Below are positions 11,865 through 24,627 of a DNA stretch of 64,000 nucleotides, piece by piece (position 1 is the stretch's first letter; every line of letters starts with the position of its first letter). Location of the stretch: the NCBI GenBank assembly GCA_010093705.1, contig MU006089.1, forward strand, positions 3,250,061 to 3,314,060, written 5' to 3'. The DNA is from Patellaria atrata CBS 101060 (lineage: Eukaryota). The position numbers and the translations under genes are program-made. The notes under the pieces are model-generated. The model searched no databases. It saw nothing but the letters and a program-made list of their open reading frames with translations, and was not told the origin of the DNA.

Positions 11865-13634
11865 ATGGCATCCGCGGCGCGGAGGGTATCTACACGTCCC
11901 CGCCAATCTATGGCAGGAGGTAACGACGAGGGGAAGAAAGATATATGGAGCTCTATGCTAGAAGGGGTTTCCAGCAGCAAAAAGCTCCCGGAAAAGAGCC
12001 TCATTGTACTAGGTACTGTGCATTCCCGTTGCGAATATGATCCAGTTTTGAAGCTCTATGTCTGACGATCAGCGGGTAGGTGGCACACCTGAAACCCAAC
12101 GTGATTTCCTAGAGTCTTTATCGATAGATCCGATAAGTAAGAGAAGACCACCAGATAGATCAAGGAGGCCCCCGATAGCGAATTCCTTTGCTTTAGGATA
12201 TACGTACCAAGACGTGTTAGATGCGGACCATGAAGGTACGAGACTCAAATTCATTCAAATCCAATAGGCGGCCTAATCGGTATAATAGATATCCTCGCGC
12301 GCCTTTCTTTATACCTCCTCTCCGACCCGTCACCTTCTTTTATGCCGCTACTCAAACCGTACCTGAATCCGCGAAGTCTACCGAATACACTCGTAGTTAT
12401 ACTTCTAGATTGGGGACAACCATGGTCTTGGGTACGGCAGTTAAGAGATTGGATGCGAGTGCTACGGTCCCTCATGATCTCATTAGATGACGGGTGCAAA
12501 GAGGTATTGGAAGAGAATATCACAAAATGGCGCGATAGGGGACGGCACGGCAATATCGACGGTAGTTCCACAAATAATTTTGACAGCAACGTCACCATAC
12601 CGCTAGGTCCTGGAGAATGGGATGAGCCGCTAGGATTGCCCCTTTGCGTGGTCTGTCAAAACGCGGACAAGATCGAAATACTGGAACGGGAGAGAGGATG
12701 GAAAGAGGAGGAGTTTGATTTTGTGCTCCAATATCTCAGGACGATTCTACTGAAACACGGATCTTCTTTAGTGTACACCATGCCATCAGCTCCGGGTTCG
12801 CTACAAACGCTAATACATTCCTCTCTGGGTATACAATCTACGTTGAAGAAGCAGGAGCTCAAGTATAATACCATAGATAGGGACAAAGTACTTGTTCCCC
12901 CTAATTGGGACTCGTGGGCTAAAATAAGGATTCTACGGGAAGGATTCGACTTCGAAGGTGTCAGCCAATCATGGTCCATCGATATCCAAGGACAGCATCA
13001 CGAACAGGTAAATGGTAACCACGTAAATGGCGAGCAAGAGGAAGACCGCCCGCACCAGCAAGAATCAGAATCTGAGGAAGGAAGCGCAGTAGCAATGTAC
13101 GAGGATACCATCCGTGATCCCGAGCGAGACTCCGCCTTCTCGCAAGCCTTAACCTCTAGTACGACGTCCAGAATCGAAATCGACACGACAGATTCCCAGT
13201 CTTTCCTTGCAAAGCAGCTCGACGTGATCGAGCAGTTGAAGTCAGAAGATGACTCGAATGCGGCACTGTCGAAGTCACGGAAGGGCGCGACTTCCATTAT
13301 GCATAATGATATTGGCAGTGGTGTTGTGGAGGAGCATATTGGGCCGGTGCAGTTCAATATGGGCGGGATTCAGGTCAATGCAGATGATATGGTACAGAAG
13401 TTAAAGGTAAGATCGTGCTATTTTTATGAATGGACTAGATGTTGATATTATACACAGGATCGGGAAACCCAAAGAGCAAATGAAGTGATAGAGACTCCGC
13501 CACCGGCGCCTACCGGTCCTTTGGGGGACAATAAGTCGGAGAACGAGCAGCTAGCGGCTTTCTTTGAAAACCTGATGAAGAGGACTGGAAGCACGCCTGC
13601 GGCAGCTAATACCCCTCGTCGTCCTGAAATGTAG
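11865..13634 (+). CDS. Cytoplasmic dynein light intermediate chain (DLIC)
   Basis: Exons 11865-12012, 12080-12235, 12289-13406, 13458-13634. Motifs LGYTY, LLDWGQPW, LGLPLCVVCQNAD, FVLQYLRTILLKHG, DRDKVLVPPNWDSWAKI, and the C-terminal adaptor-binding helix LAAFFENLMKR. Confidence 0.93.
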
Positions 13635-13908
13635 CAAGAACTTTGGTAGCTGCTGGTTGGGTTATGTGTCGTTCGAGGCGTACCGTTCGGGTAAATCATT
13701 GTGATCTGTTATGTAGAAAGCGCTACAAGATACCCAGTTTATCAATGTATCCAATGGTCTTCACATGGGAATAAGGCATAATTTGTGGAATCTTTTGCAT
13801 CCAATGCATCCCGTAATATGCGAATATGGGTATAAAGTATCAACATAATATCTCCATCAGAAGGAGAGCAAGCCTGACCATCGGCAAACCAACCGGAAAA
13901 ACCCCCAT

Positions 13909-14844
13909 TTATATCGCCGTACCTCTCTCAAAACTATCTCTGATATCGCTCGTATACTTATTATAAAACCTCGCTAGTTTGTCGTTGAACTGCTTGTTCT
14001 TGTCGTTGATGTACGTGACATCACCATCCTCATCACCCTTACCCCTATCCCGCCTATTCCTCAAGCGCAACTCCTCCGCTTTCTGCAGTTCCGCAACCAG
14101 CCGCTCTACGGCCTCCTTACTCGGCTTGTTTTGCGCAAAGTCAGTGCTTTCCGCGGTGGAATAAAATCTCCCTTCTTTATCAACAGCGATGAGCTCTCCA
14201 TCTTCTGTTTCTACGACTTCTAATCCTCCGCTCTGGACTGCTCTCTCCACCGCTTCCAACTTTGCTTTCTCGTACGCGGAGAGATCGACGTTCATCTGGC
14301 GGATCTGCCGCTTGTAAACCTTCCTCGCCTCCTGAGTGTAGTCTTGGAACACGACCTCGTCTCTGTGCGCCGCCTTTTTCGCTAGCCGCTTGTCCCACTT
14401 CTCGCTCTCCTCTACCGTCCAGTCCCAGGCCCGCTTCCGCTCAAAGTCCTCGCCTGAGGCTGCTGCATCGGCTTTTAGCAGCTTGTGCGAGGCGATGGCT
14501 TGCTTGCGGGCGAGAGTATTGAGGAGCTCTGGATTGGTGGCTGCACGTTGCGCTTCTGCGGTTGATTCTTTCAGATTCTGTTTTCGTGAAGCTGCTTGTC
14601 GGGCTTGGAGTGCTTTGAAGCGTTCCTGTCTGGAGAGAGTAGATGATGGTGCAGAGGAGGATTCTGCGGTTGGTTGGGAGGGGGCAGATGATTCTGCCGC
14701 GGGAGATGTTGAGGCGACGAGTACTTCTGGAGCTGACGTGGATTCTGATTCTATGGGAGCTTCGCTTTCTATGAAACGCCGTTTGGTAGGTCCATCAATG
14801 GGTTGTTCATGAAGAGACGATTTGCGTTTGTGTAGTGTAGACAT
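13909..14844 (-). CDS. SYF2: Pre-mRNA splicing factor SYF2
   Basis: Single exon from ATG 14844. Contains GEDFERKRAWDWTVEESEKW and the C-terminal YINDKNKQFNDKLARFYNKYT…SFERGTAI signature. Confidence 0.95.
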   Translation of the reverse strand: MSTLHKRKSSLHEQPIDGPTKRRFIESEAPIESESTSAPEVLVASTSPAAESSAPSQPTAESSSAPSSTLSRQERFKALQARQAASRKQNLKESTAEAQRAATNPELLNTLARKQAIASHKLLKADAAASGEDFERKRAWDWTVEESEKWDKRLAKKAAHRDEVVFQDYTQEARKVYKRQIRQMNVDLSAYEKAKLEAVERAVQSGGLEVVETEDGELIAVDKEGRFYSTAESTDFAQNKPSKEAVERLVAELQKAEELRLRNRRDRGKGDEDGDVTYINDKNKQFNDKLARFYNKYTSDIRDSFERGTAI

Positions 14845-15115
14845 TGTGAGCGTTCTGTTAACGAGGGTGGAGATGCGGTATGGATAGTAACTGGGAGTAT
14901 ATGTGGATTTTGGGTTGTGGAGCGTCAGCAAGGGGGTGTGAGGATGGGTATAAGGAGAAGATGCTGTTCAAATGCTGAGTGACGTTACGAGGGTTTATGG
15001 ATGTTCGATGTGATGCCAAGCTTCCTTAGTCAGCACAAAGTTTCCTGTCTTAATCATGGGTTGCGGGTCGAATCCATAATCAACGATTTGTACCTTTCGG
15101 TAACCATATTTCCAA

Positions 15116-16528
15116 ATGCTCCAGCGATACAGTAAAACACTCTGTATCTTCTGCAAACGCCAGACTGCCTCATTGGCACGCCGCAATGTCAGGAATGTAA
15201 GCACAACTAATTGTATTAGAGATGACTATTGGCAGCTTAATCGGGAGGTTCAACATCAGATAGGTCTCGCCAGTCCAGTCAAAATATTAGAAGAAAGACT
15301 TCTTGATGGGGAATCGAAGAGAGCATGGAACACGAAATTACGAAAAAGTGAGAATGAAAAGAGACTATATCAACAAGACAGGACAGCTTCCTCAGTGATC
15401 CGAGAGGCTCTCATAAATCAACGATCCGACCGATTTTCCCATGAAGATCAACTACCACAACATGTAACTGTTATAAGACGAGTTCTGCGTGACCAGTTGA
15501 GAGAATGTGTATTTTCTAAAGACTTGATACGAGTTATCAGAGTCTCCATAGAGCAGCCGAGGGTTGCGCAAGAACTTGTACACATTCAGCCGACTATTAA
15601 ACAACGCTTAAAGGTCATCCGCAAGAACGAAACCTCCGAAGCGTTCTCTACCACAGTCAACCAAATAATCTACATGATGGAGGCTAAAAGTCTTGTTGTT
15701 AGCTCTGAAATTTGGGCCATCGGGCTAGCATCAGCATCGCACACAGACTCGCTGCCGGGCATAAAAAGATATCTGAAAGCACATAGGGATAACGGTATTA
15801 TCATACCCTCACACTTATTTATGGCCCTAATCACTAGGCTGGATCCTGGGATGGTTGGGGACGAGTCTAAGGAGCTCCGCTTGCGGAAGGAGAAAATGTC
15901 TAAGGAGCTGCGCTTGTGGAATAATGAAGAGTTTAATGATTTCTGCTTGTGGAATAAGGAGGAGCTGTTCCAACTACTTCTTGGCTTTCCGGACTCCTCT
16001 GCGGATCAAGCCCATCATTTGGGATCATTCTTGGATCGAGATAATTGGCCAATATATCAAGCTTGGATTCAATTGCTTGCAAACTGGGGAGCAGGTAATG
16101 AAGTGTGGAAGGAGTGGGAATGGTGGGAGAATAGCAGTACCCGACAATCGAAGACGCTATCGAAAGATCCGCAGGGGAATTCAATCACAGCACAGGCACT
16201 GGGAGACCAATGGTTCATTGAGCAGCTCTTCCATACAGGAAACCTAGAAAGGGCCTCCCAGGTGGTCAAGTCGTCCGGAATAGATTTTAGTATGCTGAGC
16301 TTTGAGGTAAGGAATGGGCTGCTAGACAACCCGGAATATGCCACATTATGGAAACACGAGATCAGTGAAGAGATGAAGGAGCAATATAGCGGTAAGCTAC
16401 AGAAGATTGAAGAGACCCTCGGCATACAATGGGTCAAAGATGGCGATACTGGGCACCATGTGTTCTTATCGGATGCGTTCGGACCGACCCCCGACTTTAC
16501 GAAACTTCCCCCTGGAGACTCAAGTTGA
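15116..16528 (+). CDS. Uncharacterised 470-aa protein, probably mitochondrial
   Basis: Single-exon ORF with a basic, acid-free N-terminus (MLQRYSKTLCIFCKRQTASLARRNVRNVST). No family recognised. Confidence 0.8.
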   Translation: MLQRYSKTLCIFCKRQTASLARRNVRNVSTTNCIRDDYWQLNREVQHQIGLASPVKILEERLLDGESKRAWNTKLRKSENEKRLYQQDRTASSVIREALINQRSDRFSHEDQLPQHVTVIRRVLRDQLRECVFSKDLIRVIRVSIEQPRVAQELVHIQPTIKQRLKVIRKNETSEAFSTTVNQIIYMMEAKSLVVSSEIWAIGLASASHTDSLPGIKRYLKAHRDNGIIIPSHLFMALITRLDPGMVGDESKELRLRKEKMSKELRLWNNEEFNDFCLWNKEELFQLLLGFPDSSADQAHHLGSFLDRDNWPIYQAWIQLLANWGAGNEVWKEWEWWENSSTRQSKTLSKDPQGNSITAQALGDQWFIEQLFHTGNLERASQVVKSSGIDFSMLSFEVRNGLLDNPEYATLWKHEISEEMKEQYSGKLQKIEETLGIQWVKDGDTGHHVFLSDAFGPTPDFTKLPPGDSS

Positions 16529-16716
16529 AGGGTTTTGCGAATTGAATGAACAGTCATTGGAAAGAGTTCCTTCTGTCCCACGTTGCCAAATTTAAAGGCG
16601 CTCTTCGGATCGAGTGTATGATCTCGATGCTCATGAAGAATTGTATAGTACGTGTTTATATAAACTTGAAGAACTATTTACCGTCAATACTTCATTGCAA
16701 CTAACTCGGCCCTGAT

Positions 16717-18187
16717 TCAGAAATTTGAAGATGTAAGAGCATTGCTATCATTCCCAATTGTCGCAACCGGCAATCTCGATCGTAATCTTTCTATAACTTC
16801 ACTCTCAAGGCCACAGACATCTCTCAAATATTGCTCGGCATTCCCGTATGTCCTGTTCAATGCTTCCAAAGCCGCTATCATATTTTCTTTCCTATATAAC
16901 GCAATTAATTCTCAAAGAGTAGTGTCATTTTTGAGTAACAAACCCCCTTGGTTGCCTGCAAGGCGGGAGCTGTGCTTACCTTGCCGTAACCATCCTCAAT
17001 ACCGCTTCCCGTCCCTCTTCTCCTCGGTCTTTAAATACCGGATTTGCGCTTAGCTTCTCAATAAAGAACGGCATCAACTCCGTCAGTCTGCTCACGTTAG
17101 CTTCGGCTTCCTTTACCAGCGCTCCAGCTCCAACTTCCAATTCGTGCTTCTTCCTTGAGGGTTCAACAGATATTAAAGCTCAACCTTCAATTAGAAGGTT
17201 TACACAGAGACTCACCCAGCAATAGTCAATTCATACTCCTTTGCCACATCCTCATCCCCCACCCCTAACATTGATAACAGCACCGCAACGAAGATACCCG
17301 TTCGGTCCTTCCCCGCAGTACAATGAATCACGCAAGCAGAGTCAAGGGTCCCGAAATCAGCGATCCAGCGAAGTATTCTCGCAACGGTGCTTGGTCCAGC
17401 GGCGAGCATATCCATATACGCCCTTGCAAAGCCCTACTATCGATGTTAATACGGGGTACTTTAGGGCTTTCTTCCTTTCAGGGGCAGCTGTGATGGTGAC
17501 GGATGATGAGGGAAAGAGTGATGGCATACGTCTGCACCTCCGTGTCCATAATCTCGGTATCTCACTGCGATCTTTTCGGGCGAGTAGTCTTCGTCTCTGA
17601 AGGCTGGGGTCCAGATTCTTTCTATGTCGGTAACGGGACCGTCGCCAGTGGTGAAGGGCTTGAGCTTTCCATCGGAGGTTAGTTGCTCTGAAGATGTTAG
17701 ATTAAGTGTAATTGGTGCATCCTATCAAAAAAAGACCTTAATACGAAAGAAGGCGCTCTAGTCAGATGCTTCCTACCTAGATCTTCTATGCTACCACTGA
17801 AATTAAAACCACTAATATACTCTCTACATTCAAATTCATCCCACTAACCCCACTGTCCCCTTTTCCTCTAACATGAAAACCATATCCTTCCCCCCTTCGC
17901 AGTTCCCTCATTCACCAGAGAACATCGCCAAACGCAAATTAAGCAAGACACAAAAGGAGTAGTATCTTACCCGCCTTTTTCAACTCAACAGTGCTCCTTA
18001 AATCAAACACCACTTTCACCCTGAGGCCTCTCAGCCGCTTAATCCCCTCCGCAGTAACCGCATCCGGTCCGGCACACCTGTAAACAATTCCTCGTTTGAC
18101 AGTTTGCGTTACCGGGCCGTGGATGTCGCGGAAGTTATGGATGCCGGGGATATGGTGGAAGGGAGGTGAGGGAAGGGGTGAAGCCAT
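16717..18187 (-). CDS. Protein tyrosine/serine phosphatase (Y_phosphatase3 / IphP-like)
   Basis: Exons 18187-17971, 17687-17530, 17433-17216, 17087-16980, 16891-16717. Motifs NFRD, FDLRS, catalytic HCTAGKDRTG, EYELT, YGNAEQYL. Confidence 0.9.
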
Positions 18188-18648
18188 GGCCGAGTATAGT
18201 ATGGGGGTATCAAAGTACGGTACCAGTTACGTAGAACAAAAGTCAATTTTTATAGATTCGCAATTTCTCTATTACTCTTCATGCATCTCTATTTATTATA
18301 CTTGACAAGCGGCCGAGGTAGGAGGCGAGGATATGCGCCGTGGTGGAGACTGCGGTCTCGGCTGTTGATCCGGTTTCCGCTTCCGGTAGTCTAGATTGTG
18401 AGATGTCGCTAAGATGCAGATAGGAGAATGCGGCAGTGAGATTTAAGTTCGCGAAATATATCTCTTATGTCAGTATCTAATCGATTGTATAACGGTGTGG
18501 TATCTCTTCAGTGTGAATAACAGTATGCACACCCCCTATCCACACATCTTCGGACTGGTATTCCGCGGACACCTGTAAATGCAGACACCATAGGAGAACA
18601 GAGAACACCACGCCTGTAACGCCCATGCTCCGTAGTAAAGTCGAGAGT

Positions 18649-19824
18649 TCAGTCCTCGAGGTAGCGTCTCCATCCTTCTCTATACACTACCCTCTTGCCA
18701 TCCTCCCCATATCCTACCACAAACTTCTCCCACCGCGCATCCTGTCCTGCACCAATGACGAGAACAACTTCATCGCTCACCCATGCAGCTATGCCCTTAG
18801 GTGGCAATCCGCCAGGAAGGCCAGGAATTGGCGCATTCCATGCAAGTGAACTCGAACTGCGAGCTCGCGCTTGTTGTAGCAGCGGTTCCTCTCCGATTTC
18901 AAAGTGCGTTGAGCAGGACGAATACGTATCTGAAAAGACGCGTGGCATCAAGGGGATTTTGGCTAGAATACCCCATTTCTGCTTGTGCTCATTTGAATCA
19001 TCTGAGGTATGATGAGGGAACTCGGGGCGAGGAGACGATGACGCCGGACGTGCAGGGTGTGGAAGCTCGAAGATGTGGAGGGTTGACTTGTCAGATGTAA
19101 CGGCTAACAGAGAGCTGGAGGGAGAGATTGATAGTGAGAATATGGTGGCAGGGTCGACACCACGCCGAAACTCTGCGAGTTTGGCGCAGTTTGCCGTACT
19201 GTATAGTCGGATGAGAGTTCCAGTTTCGCTAGCAGTAGCTAGTAATTCCCCGTCCGTGCTGATTGTGATTGCACGGAGAGGCGTATTATGAGCGGGCATG
19301 ATACTAACGTTACGAGTGGATAACTCAACTAGTTGCACCTGGCCAGGGGTTCGTCCCGGAAACGCGAACTTCTTCTCTCCCAAAGAGCAAAGTCCAAAGG
19401 GATTGTTAGCCGTCTCGAAGACAGCAATCTTGGTGGGGGAAGAAGAGAGGGGATACAAATTCACACTGTTATGCAATACCACGACGATATGAGACCGTGA
19501 TAGACGCACGCCTTGCACCGGTGTACGAAACTCCATCTTACAGACCTCCCTCTGCTTCTTGTCATCCCATATTACGACCTTGTTCTGCGGAAACTTGGGC
19601 TGCTTGCCACCTCCAACAAGGGCAAGTAAGTTAGACGTACCCACCATCTCAGCGCAACCTATGCCCGCACCTAGCTCTCGAACGACGAAACGGTCGCATG
19701 TGTTCGACCGGTATATGTGAAAGCCTGTGTCTAGGGCAACGGAGAAACAGCTGTTGTTCCCATTGAAAGAGGCTGAGAGCGCGGCTGGTCCAGTAGACTC
19801 ATCGATAACTCTTCGAGTATTCAT
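18649..19824 (-). CDS. HSV2: PROPPIN WD40 phosphoinositide-binding protein, Hsv2/WIPI3-4 type
   Basis: Single-exon 391 aa with LALVGGG, PQNKVVIWDD, ATASETGTLIR, the FRRG lipid-binding motif and SDKSTLHIF. The MNTR N-terminus fits fungal Hsv2 rather than Atg18. Confidence 0.9.
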   Translation of the reverse strand: MNTRRVIDESTGPAALSASFNGNNSCFSVALDTGFHIYRSNTCDRFVVRELGAGIGCAEMVGTSNLLALVGGGKQPKFPQNKVVIWDDKKQREVCKMEFRTPVQGVRLSRSHIVVVLHNSVNLYPLSSSPTKIAVFETANNPFGLCSLGEKKFAFPGRTPGQVQLVELSTRNVSIMPAHNTPLRAITISTDGELLATASETGTLIRLYSTANCAKLAEFRRGVDPATIFSLSISPSSSLLAVTSDKSTLHIFELPHPARPASSSPRPEFPHHTSDDSNEHKQKWGILAKIPLMPRVFSDTYSSCSTHFEIGEEPLLQQARARSSSSLAWNAPIPGLPGGLPPKGIAAWVSDEVVLVIGAGQDARWEKFVVGYGEDGKRVVYREGWRRYLED

Positions 19825-20392
19825 ATTCGAATATCAGGAGGGTAAAAGTCTAGGTTATTGATAGTTAGGTGGGAGGAATCCGTGGATGTCTAGATTTGGT
19901 CCGGCCTAGTACTGATGAGCGCTTCAAAGAGATTAGTCATGAAACGTGCGGATAAGATGCATCTTCAGCAGACAAGCAGCGCCTGCCAAGCAGATCAACT
20001 GCATATACTGCACACTGAGAGTAGGTGTTGTCAGGTATGAAGATGTTGCCTGAGAGCCTGCAGAGTGCAGACGTGATGAATGGAAGCTGAGCTAACGACC
20101 GTTGAGGGTTTCGGGGAAATCAGTTAGTCACGTGAAAGAGGAATAAAGTTTCGCCGTTCCCCCAGATAGCTGCGCACAGACCAGTATGTTTCCCAAGGGG
20201 AAAGTGCAAGGGTCTCCTTTTTTTGGGACGTCAAAAGAGTAGAAGGTGCAACTGTGAAGCTGTTCCATCTGCTCAACATCGTCGTCAACATCACCCATCA
20301 CACTTGAGTCGCGGCTCATCTTCCATTACAACCCCTTCAGACATTTGATATTTCTCCAATTCAGCGCGCTCAACACCTCAGTTGAGCGTTCA

Positions 20393-21990
20393 ATGAGTTT
20401 TACTGCTAGACCGCAGTACAACATGTCTTCACCTTCCAATGCTGTGAGCCAGTCCCAACCCTCTTCCAGACTCTACCACACATAACATTGGCCGGTCAAT
20501 GTACTTAGGCGCGCAATAAATTGGACACATAGACTGACATTTGTATTTCAATCCAACACAGATCAAGATCCGCAGGAAGAAGAATGTCAAGAAGGGTATC
20601 CAGTTCTGTTTGATGGTCTGCGGTGCTTCAGGCACAGGTATGCAGCTTGTCCCACCAGTCACACCAGCGAAGCCGGAGGTGGAGACGCTGACAACAATCT
20701 CTGCATAGGCCGAACAACTTTTGTCAATACCCTTTGCGGCAAGAAAGTCCTCGCTCACAAAGATTCGGATGACCCGTCCAGTGCACACTTGGAAGAGGGT
20801 GTCAAAATAAAACCAATCACAGTCGGTATGTCGTGCAACGAGCGTCTGAGCATTAGGCGATGGCCACGCGAGCATCGTTAACACATACTAGAACTTGAAC
20901 TTGACGAGGAGGGCACGCGTATTTCGCTCACCATTGTCGACACGCCAGGTTTTGGAGACCAGATCGACAACGAAGCAAGGTGCGCCACCACAAAGTTTTC
21001 ACATCCTGCTGGAGTCATGAACTAATTACGCTCCAATTAGCTTTTCTGAAATTGTTGGCTATCTCGAGAGGCAGTACGATGATATTCTGGCCGAAGAGTC
21101 TCGTATCAAGCGTAACCCTCGATTCCGCGATAACCGCGTGCATGTTTTGCTTTACTTCATCACCCCTACTGGCCATGGGTAGGTCTCCGATGGAGTTAAG
21201 ATCTCCACATGATGCATATGCTAACTACGTTAGTCTCCGCGAACTCGACATTGAACTGATGAAGCGGCTCTCGCCGCGTGTGAACGTCATTCCCGTCATT
21301 GGAAAGGCCGATTCCCTCACCCCAGCCGAACTGGCAGAGTCTAAGAAACTTGTCATGGAGGATATTGAGCATTACCGCATTCCCGTATATAACTTCCCCT
21401 ATGACATCGAGGAAGACGACGAAGACACTGTCGAGGAGAACGCTGAGCTGCGTGGCCTAATGCCATTCGCAATTGTTGGGTCAGAAGATGTAGTTGAGGT
21501 CAACGGTAGACGAGTCCGTGCCAGACAATATCCGTGGGGTATTGTTGAGGTCGACAACCCTCGCCACTCAGATTTCCTTGCAGTAAGGAGTGCGTTGTTG
21601 CATAGCCATCTTGCTGATCTTAAGGAAATCACGCATGATTTCCTGTATGAAAACTACCGTACTGAGAAACTTAGCAAGAGTGTTGAAGGTGGTGCCGCTG
21701 CGTATGTGGATCCTAGACACTTTACGAGTAAAGGATGATTGCTAACAATTGCTTGCAGAGATTCCTCCATGAACCCTGAAGACTTGGCCTCACAGTCCGT
21801 GCGTCTAAAGGAGGAGCAGTTGCGTCGGGAAGAGGAAAAACTCCGTGAAATTGAGGTCAAGGTACAGAGGGAGATTAACGAAAAGAGACAGGAACTCCTG
21901 GCTCGTGAAAGCCAACTCAAGGAGATCGAGGCGAGGATGCATAGGGAGCAGAGCGGCGCGCTACCTGACAACGATGGCGACGAGGCTTGA
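20393..21990 (+). CDS. CDC11: Septin Cdc11/AspA
   Basis: Multi-exon; in-frame ATGs at 20393 and 20423. Polybasic RRKKNVKKG, P-loop GASGTGRT (Arg for Lys, typical of Cdc11), DTPGFGD, GKAD, RQYPWG, YENYR, and a C-terminal coiled coil. Confidence 0.93.
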
Positions 21991-24627
21991 AGGATCCAAT
22001 GTTAATGCAGATTGGGGACCGGTGCTCTGTTCCGGGTATGGAAGCTGCATAATCGAACGGGCGCCATGCTCTTTGCAAAGCATGTTAGGGTATGCTAACG
22101 GTCTTTGAAGCAGTTTCATTGGTTGTGGGTGTTGGAGGTGTTTTTCTACCGTGTCCAAAATGAAAGGGCTGTTGTGGGTTCTATCATACTATGCTGGTCA
22201 AACCTTTCTTATGTCGTTCTACCCTTCTATACTATTCCCCCTTCTATATAGGAATTGATAATCGATCGATGATCTTTGCACATCACCCTGTTTTTGATAT
22301 GAATTGTTCTGTTTTAGGCGACCGCTAAACTGTTACAGCTGAGCCGAGCTCGGCTTGATCTGGAGCAACGTCTTCAATAGACAAGTCAAGCCGAGAAAGG
22401 GATACACAGCGGCTCTGTTTCGAAGAATTTTTCACTTGTTTGTCCAGGGGTTTTTTTGAACGGGATTCTGTATATGGATCTTTGTGGGTATCTGGGGTTG
22501 TCCGCGCCAATTGCGCCATGATGGAAAGCCTTCTCTTGACGTCCAGAAGACACGGCAACAGTGCTTACACGCCCCATGTACTTTCCCTTCCTACATGATT
22601 GACCTTATCATTGAAATCTGCGGACTACAACATTAAGGTTCCAGGACCTGTTGGTCTTTCTCTCAGAAGTTCGTACTGAATAGCTGCATATGGGGAAGGG
22701 AATTCGCCGGGAACTATTCAAGCATAGTTCAGCTCAAGCAGCGGCCTACAAGCATACGGAATATCAGCAGACAATCAGAACATTTGAAAGTAATACGCTA
22801 GACCAGCCAGTTGATGTATGTCTCAGAGCTAGAGCAAGGAGAAGAAGAAGACCAGTGCCGCCACGGCTTGCTGGCTCGAGTTGAGGCAGTATGGTAAATG
22901 GTAGAGATTGGTCAACAACCGCAATTGCCACGTTCGCATCGATGAGCCGTTCGTCGATCAAGTATGAAAAGCAGTTCACTTAGGAAACTTGATTCAGTAG
23001 ATATGGGGTAGCTGAGAGTCGAAATTCTCTGCCATATCTGCATCATCCGCGAGTAGCCTGTACTGGACAGTAACAAGGCTAGAACAACTAGATACTGTAC
23101 GTACCCCTCATTATTCCCACTCCCCTCCCCCCCAATTCTCATTCCCATCCGCCAATACCCCAGTCTTCTCCTCCACGATCCGTACCCCTCCCCTAATCAC
23201 TACGCCTCCACAATAACGAAACAGATGAAAGGTGTGGGCGGCTTGCGCGGTCCTGATTGCTTCTCTTACCCCATAATTCTTTTCTCCACAGATAGCAAAT
23301 CGGCTTGCGGTGGCCCCTTGCTAACTGCACCTAGAACCCCATCTACCACGAACACCACGAATACCACGAATACCTCGAGCCAAAATGACGTGCAGGCCAC
23401 TTGTGTCTTGCTCAGCGCAACTTTTGGTCCGTTCCCATGTCACTAATGGACCCAACATATCCTTCTTCCATGTCTCTTGGGAAAAGATGGCGCGTCTGCC
23501 GCACCCTCTGCTAACCGAGACAAGCTTCCAGGTGATCTATCAAGATATGCACACGACCAGCGAGAGAGCATATAGACGCTGCTGAGATTCGACTTCTCCA
23601 AGGTGACATGATGGAATGGGGCCTGAACGATGATCGACTCGCTAGTTCTACGACCAGCCACTTCTCTCAAACTCGGTTTCCATGTTTCTGCATGAGTGTG
23701 CCAGAGAAATCTTTATTCCTCGCATGCAGGGACAGCCGTAGCTTCACACGCTTGATGCGGTGATGCACGGCAATAGCGAAGTTGTTGAGTACGTATAGAT
23801 TGTCTTGAAAATCTCACCAATTACGAGCGCCATCACCTGATTGGGACATACTGTGGCCCATATTGTATGCTTTGACCTTTGCTTGCACCCGTTAGTCTCT
23901 AAACAAACTTCATGTGAAGTCGGGGTGGTTAGCCGCCATACTTCATCAGGCACACCTTTACACACTGTTCCCTCTGTACCGACGACTTTGGACGTCGATC
24001 CTTGCTGGCGTCGATTCAATTTGCCAATGGCATCCTGCATCAACCGTTATAGTCTCCAGTCTCGGATGAACTACCTCTGCCCCGATAATCAATACCTTCG
24101 GCCTTTCCTTATCCTCCCTTCTCACCTACGGCCTAAACACGAATGTAATCATGATTCTGCGTCAAGAGCGCTTCTCGTAGAAAATTGAGCGTCAGGATAG
24201 CATCCCCTTTAAGACTAATCCCGTTCGCCAAGGTAGCAATTCACTTTTCAAACTGACATCAGAATGTACTGGTTCCACATTTCCATATTATAGGCATCTG
24301 CTTGCTCATCAAGTGGCGTTCTTTTATGTATCCTGTAACTAGGTATCTATCTCCTCGAGTGACATTCTCGTTTTCCTATATGATCATGTTGGTCTATTAT
24401 AACTCCCCCTTCTGCAATTCCTCATTTGTCCGTTTCTTTGTCCGCTGTATGTACTCTCCTATTTGGGTCAGAATGTATATGTCCGCAGAGTAACTTGTTG
24501 ACTTGTCTTCACCGTATCATTGGGGTCAGGATTTTGTGTCTTCAAAAGCTTTTGTTTTACTTCTGCTCGTTTCCTTTTTCAAAACCGCCTCCTTTCTGCT
24601 TCTGTATTCACGAAGAACTCCCTGATC

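Noticed and set aside
17688..17970. 283-nt phosphatase intron as a snoRNA host
   Set aside because: G-rich low-complexity sequence with no convincing box C/D or H/ACA arrangement.
22000..24600. Short ORFs in the long interval upstream of the PQ-loop gene
   Set aside because: No coherent spliced model or recognisable motif; treated as UTR or regulatory DNA.
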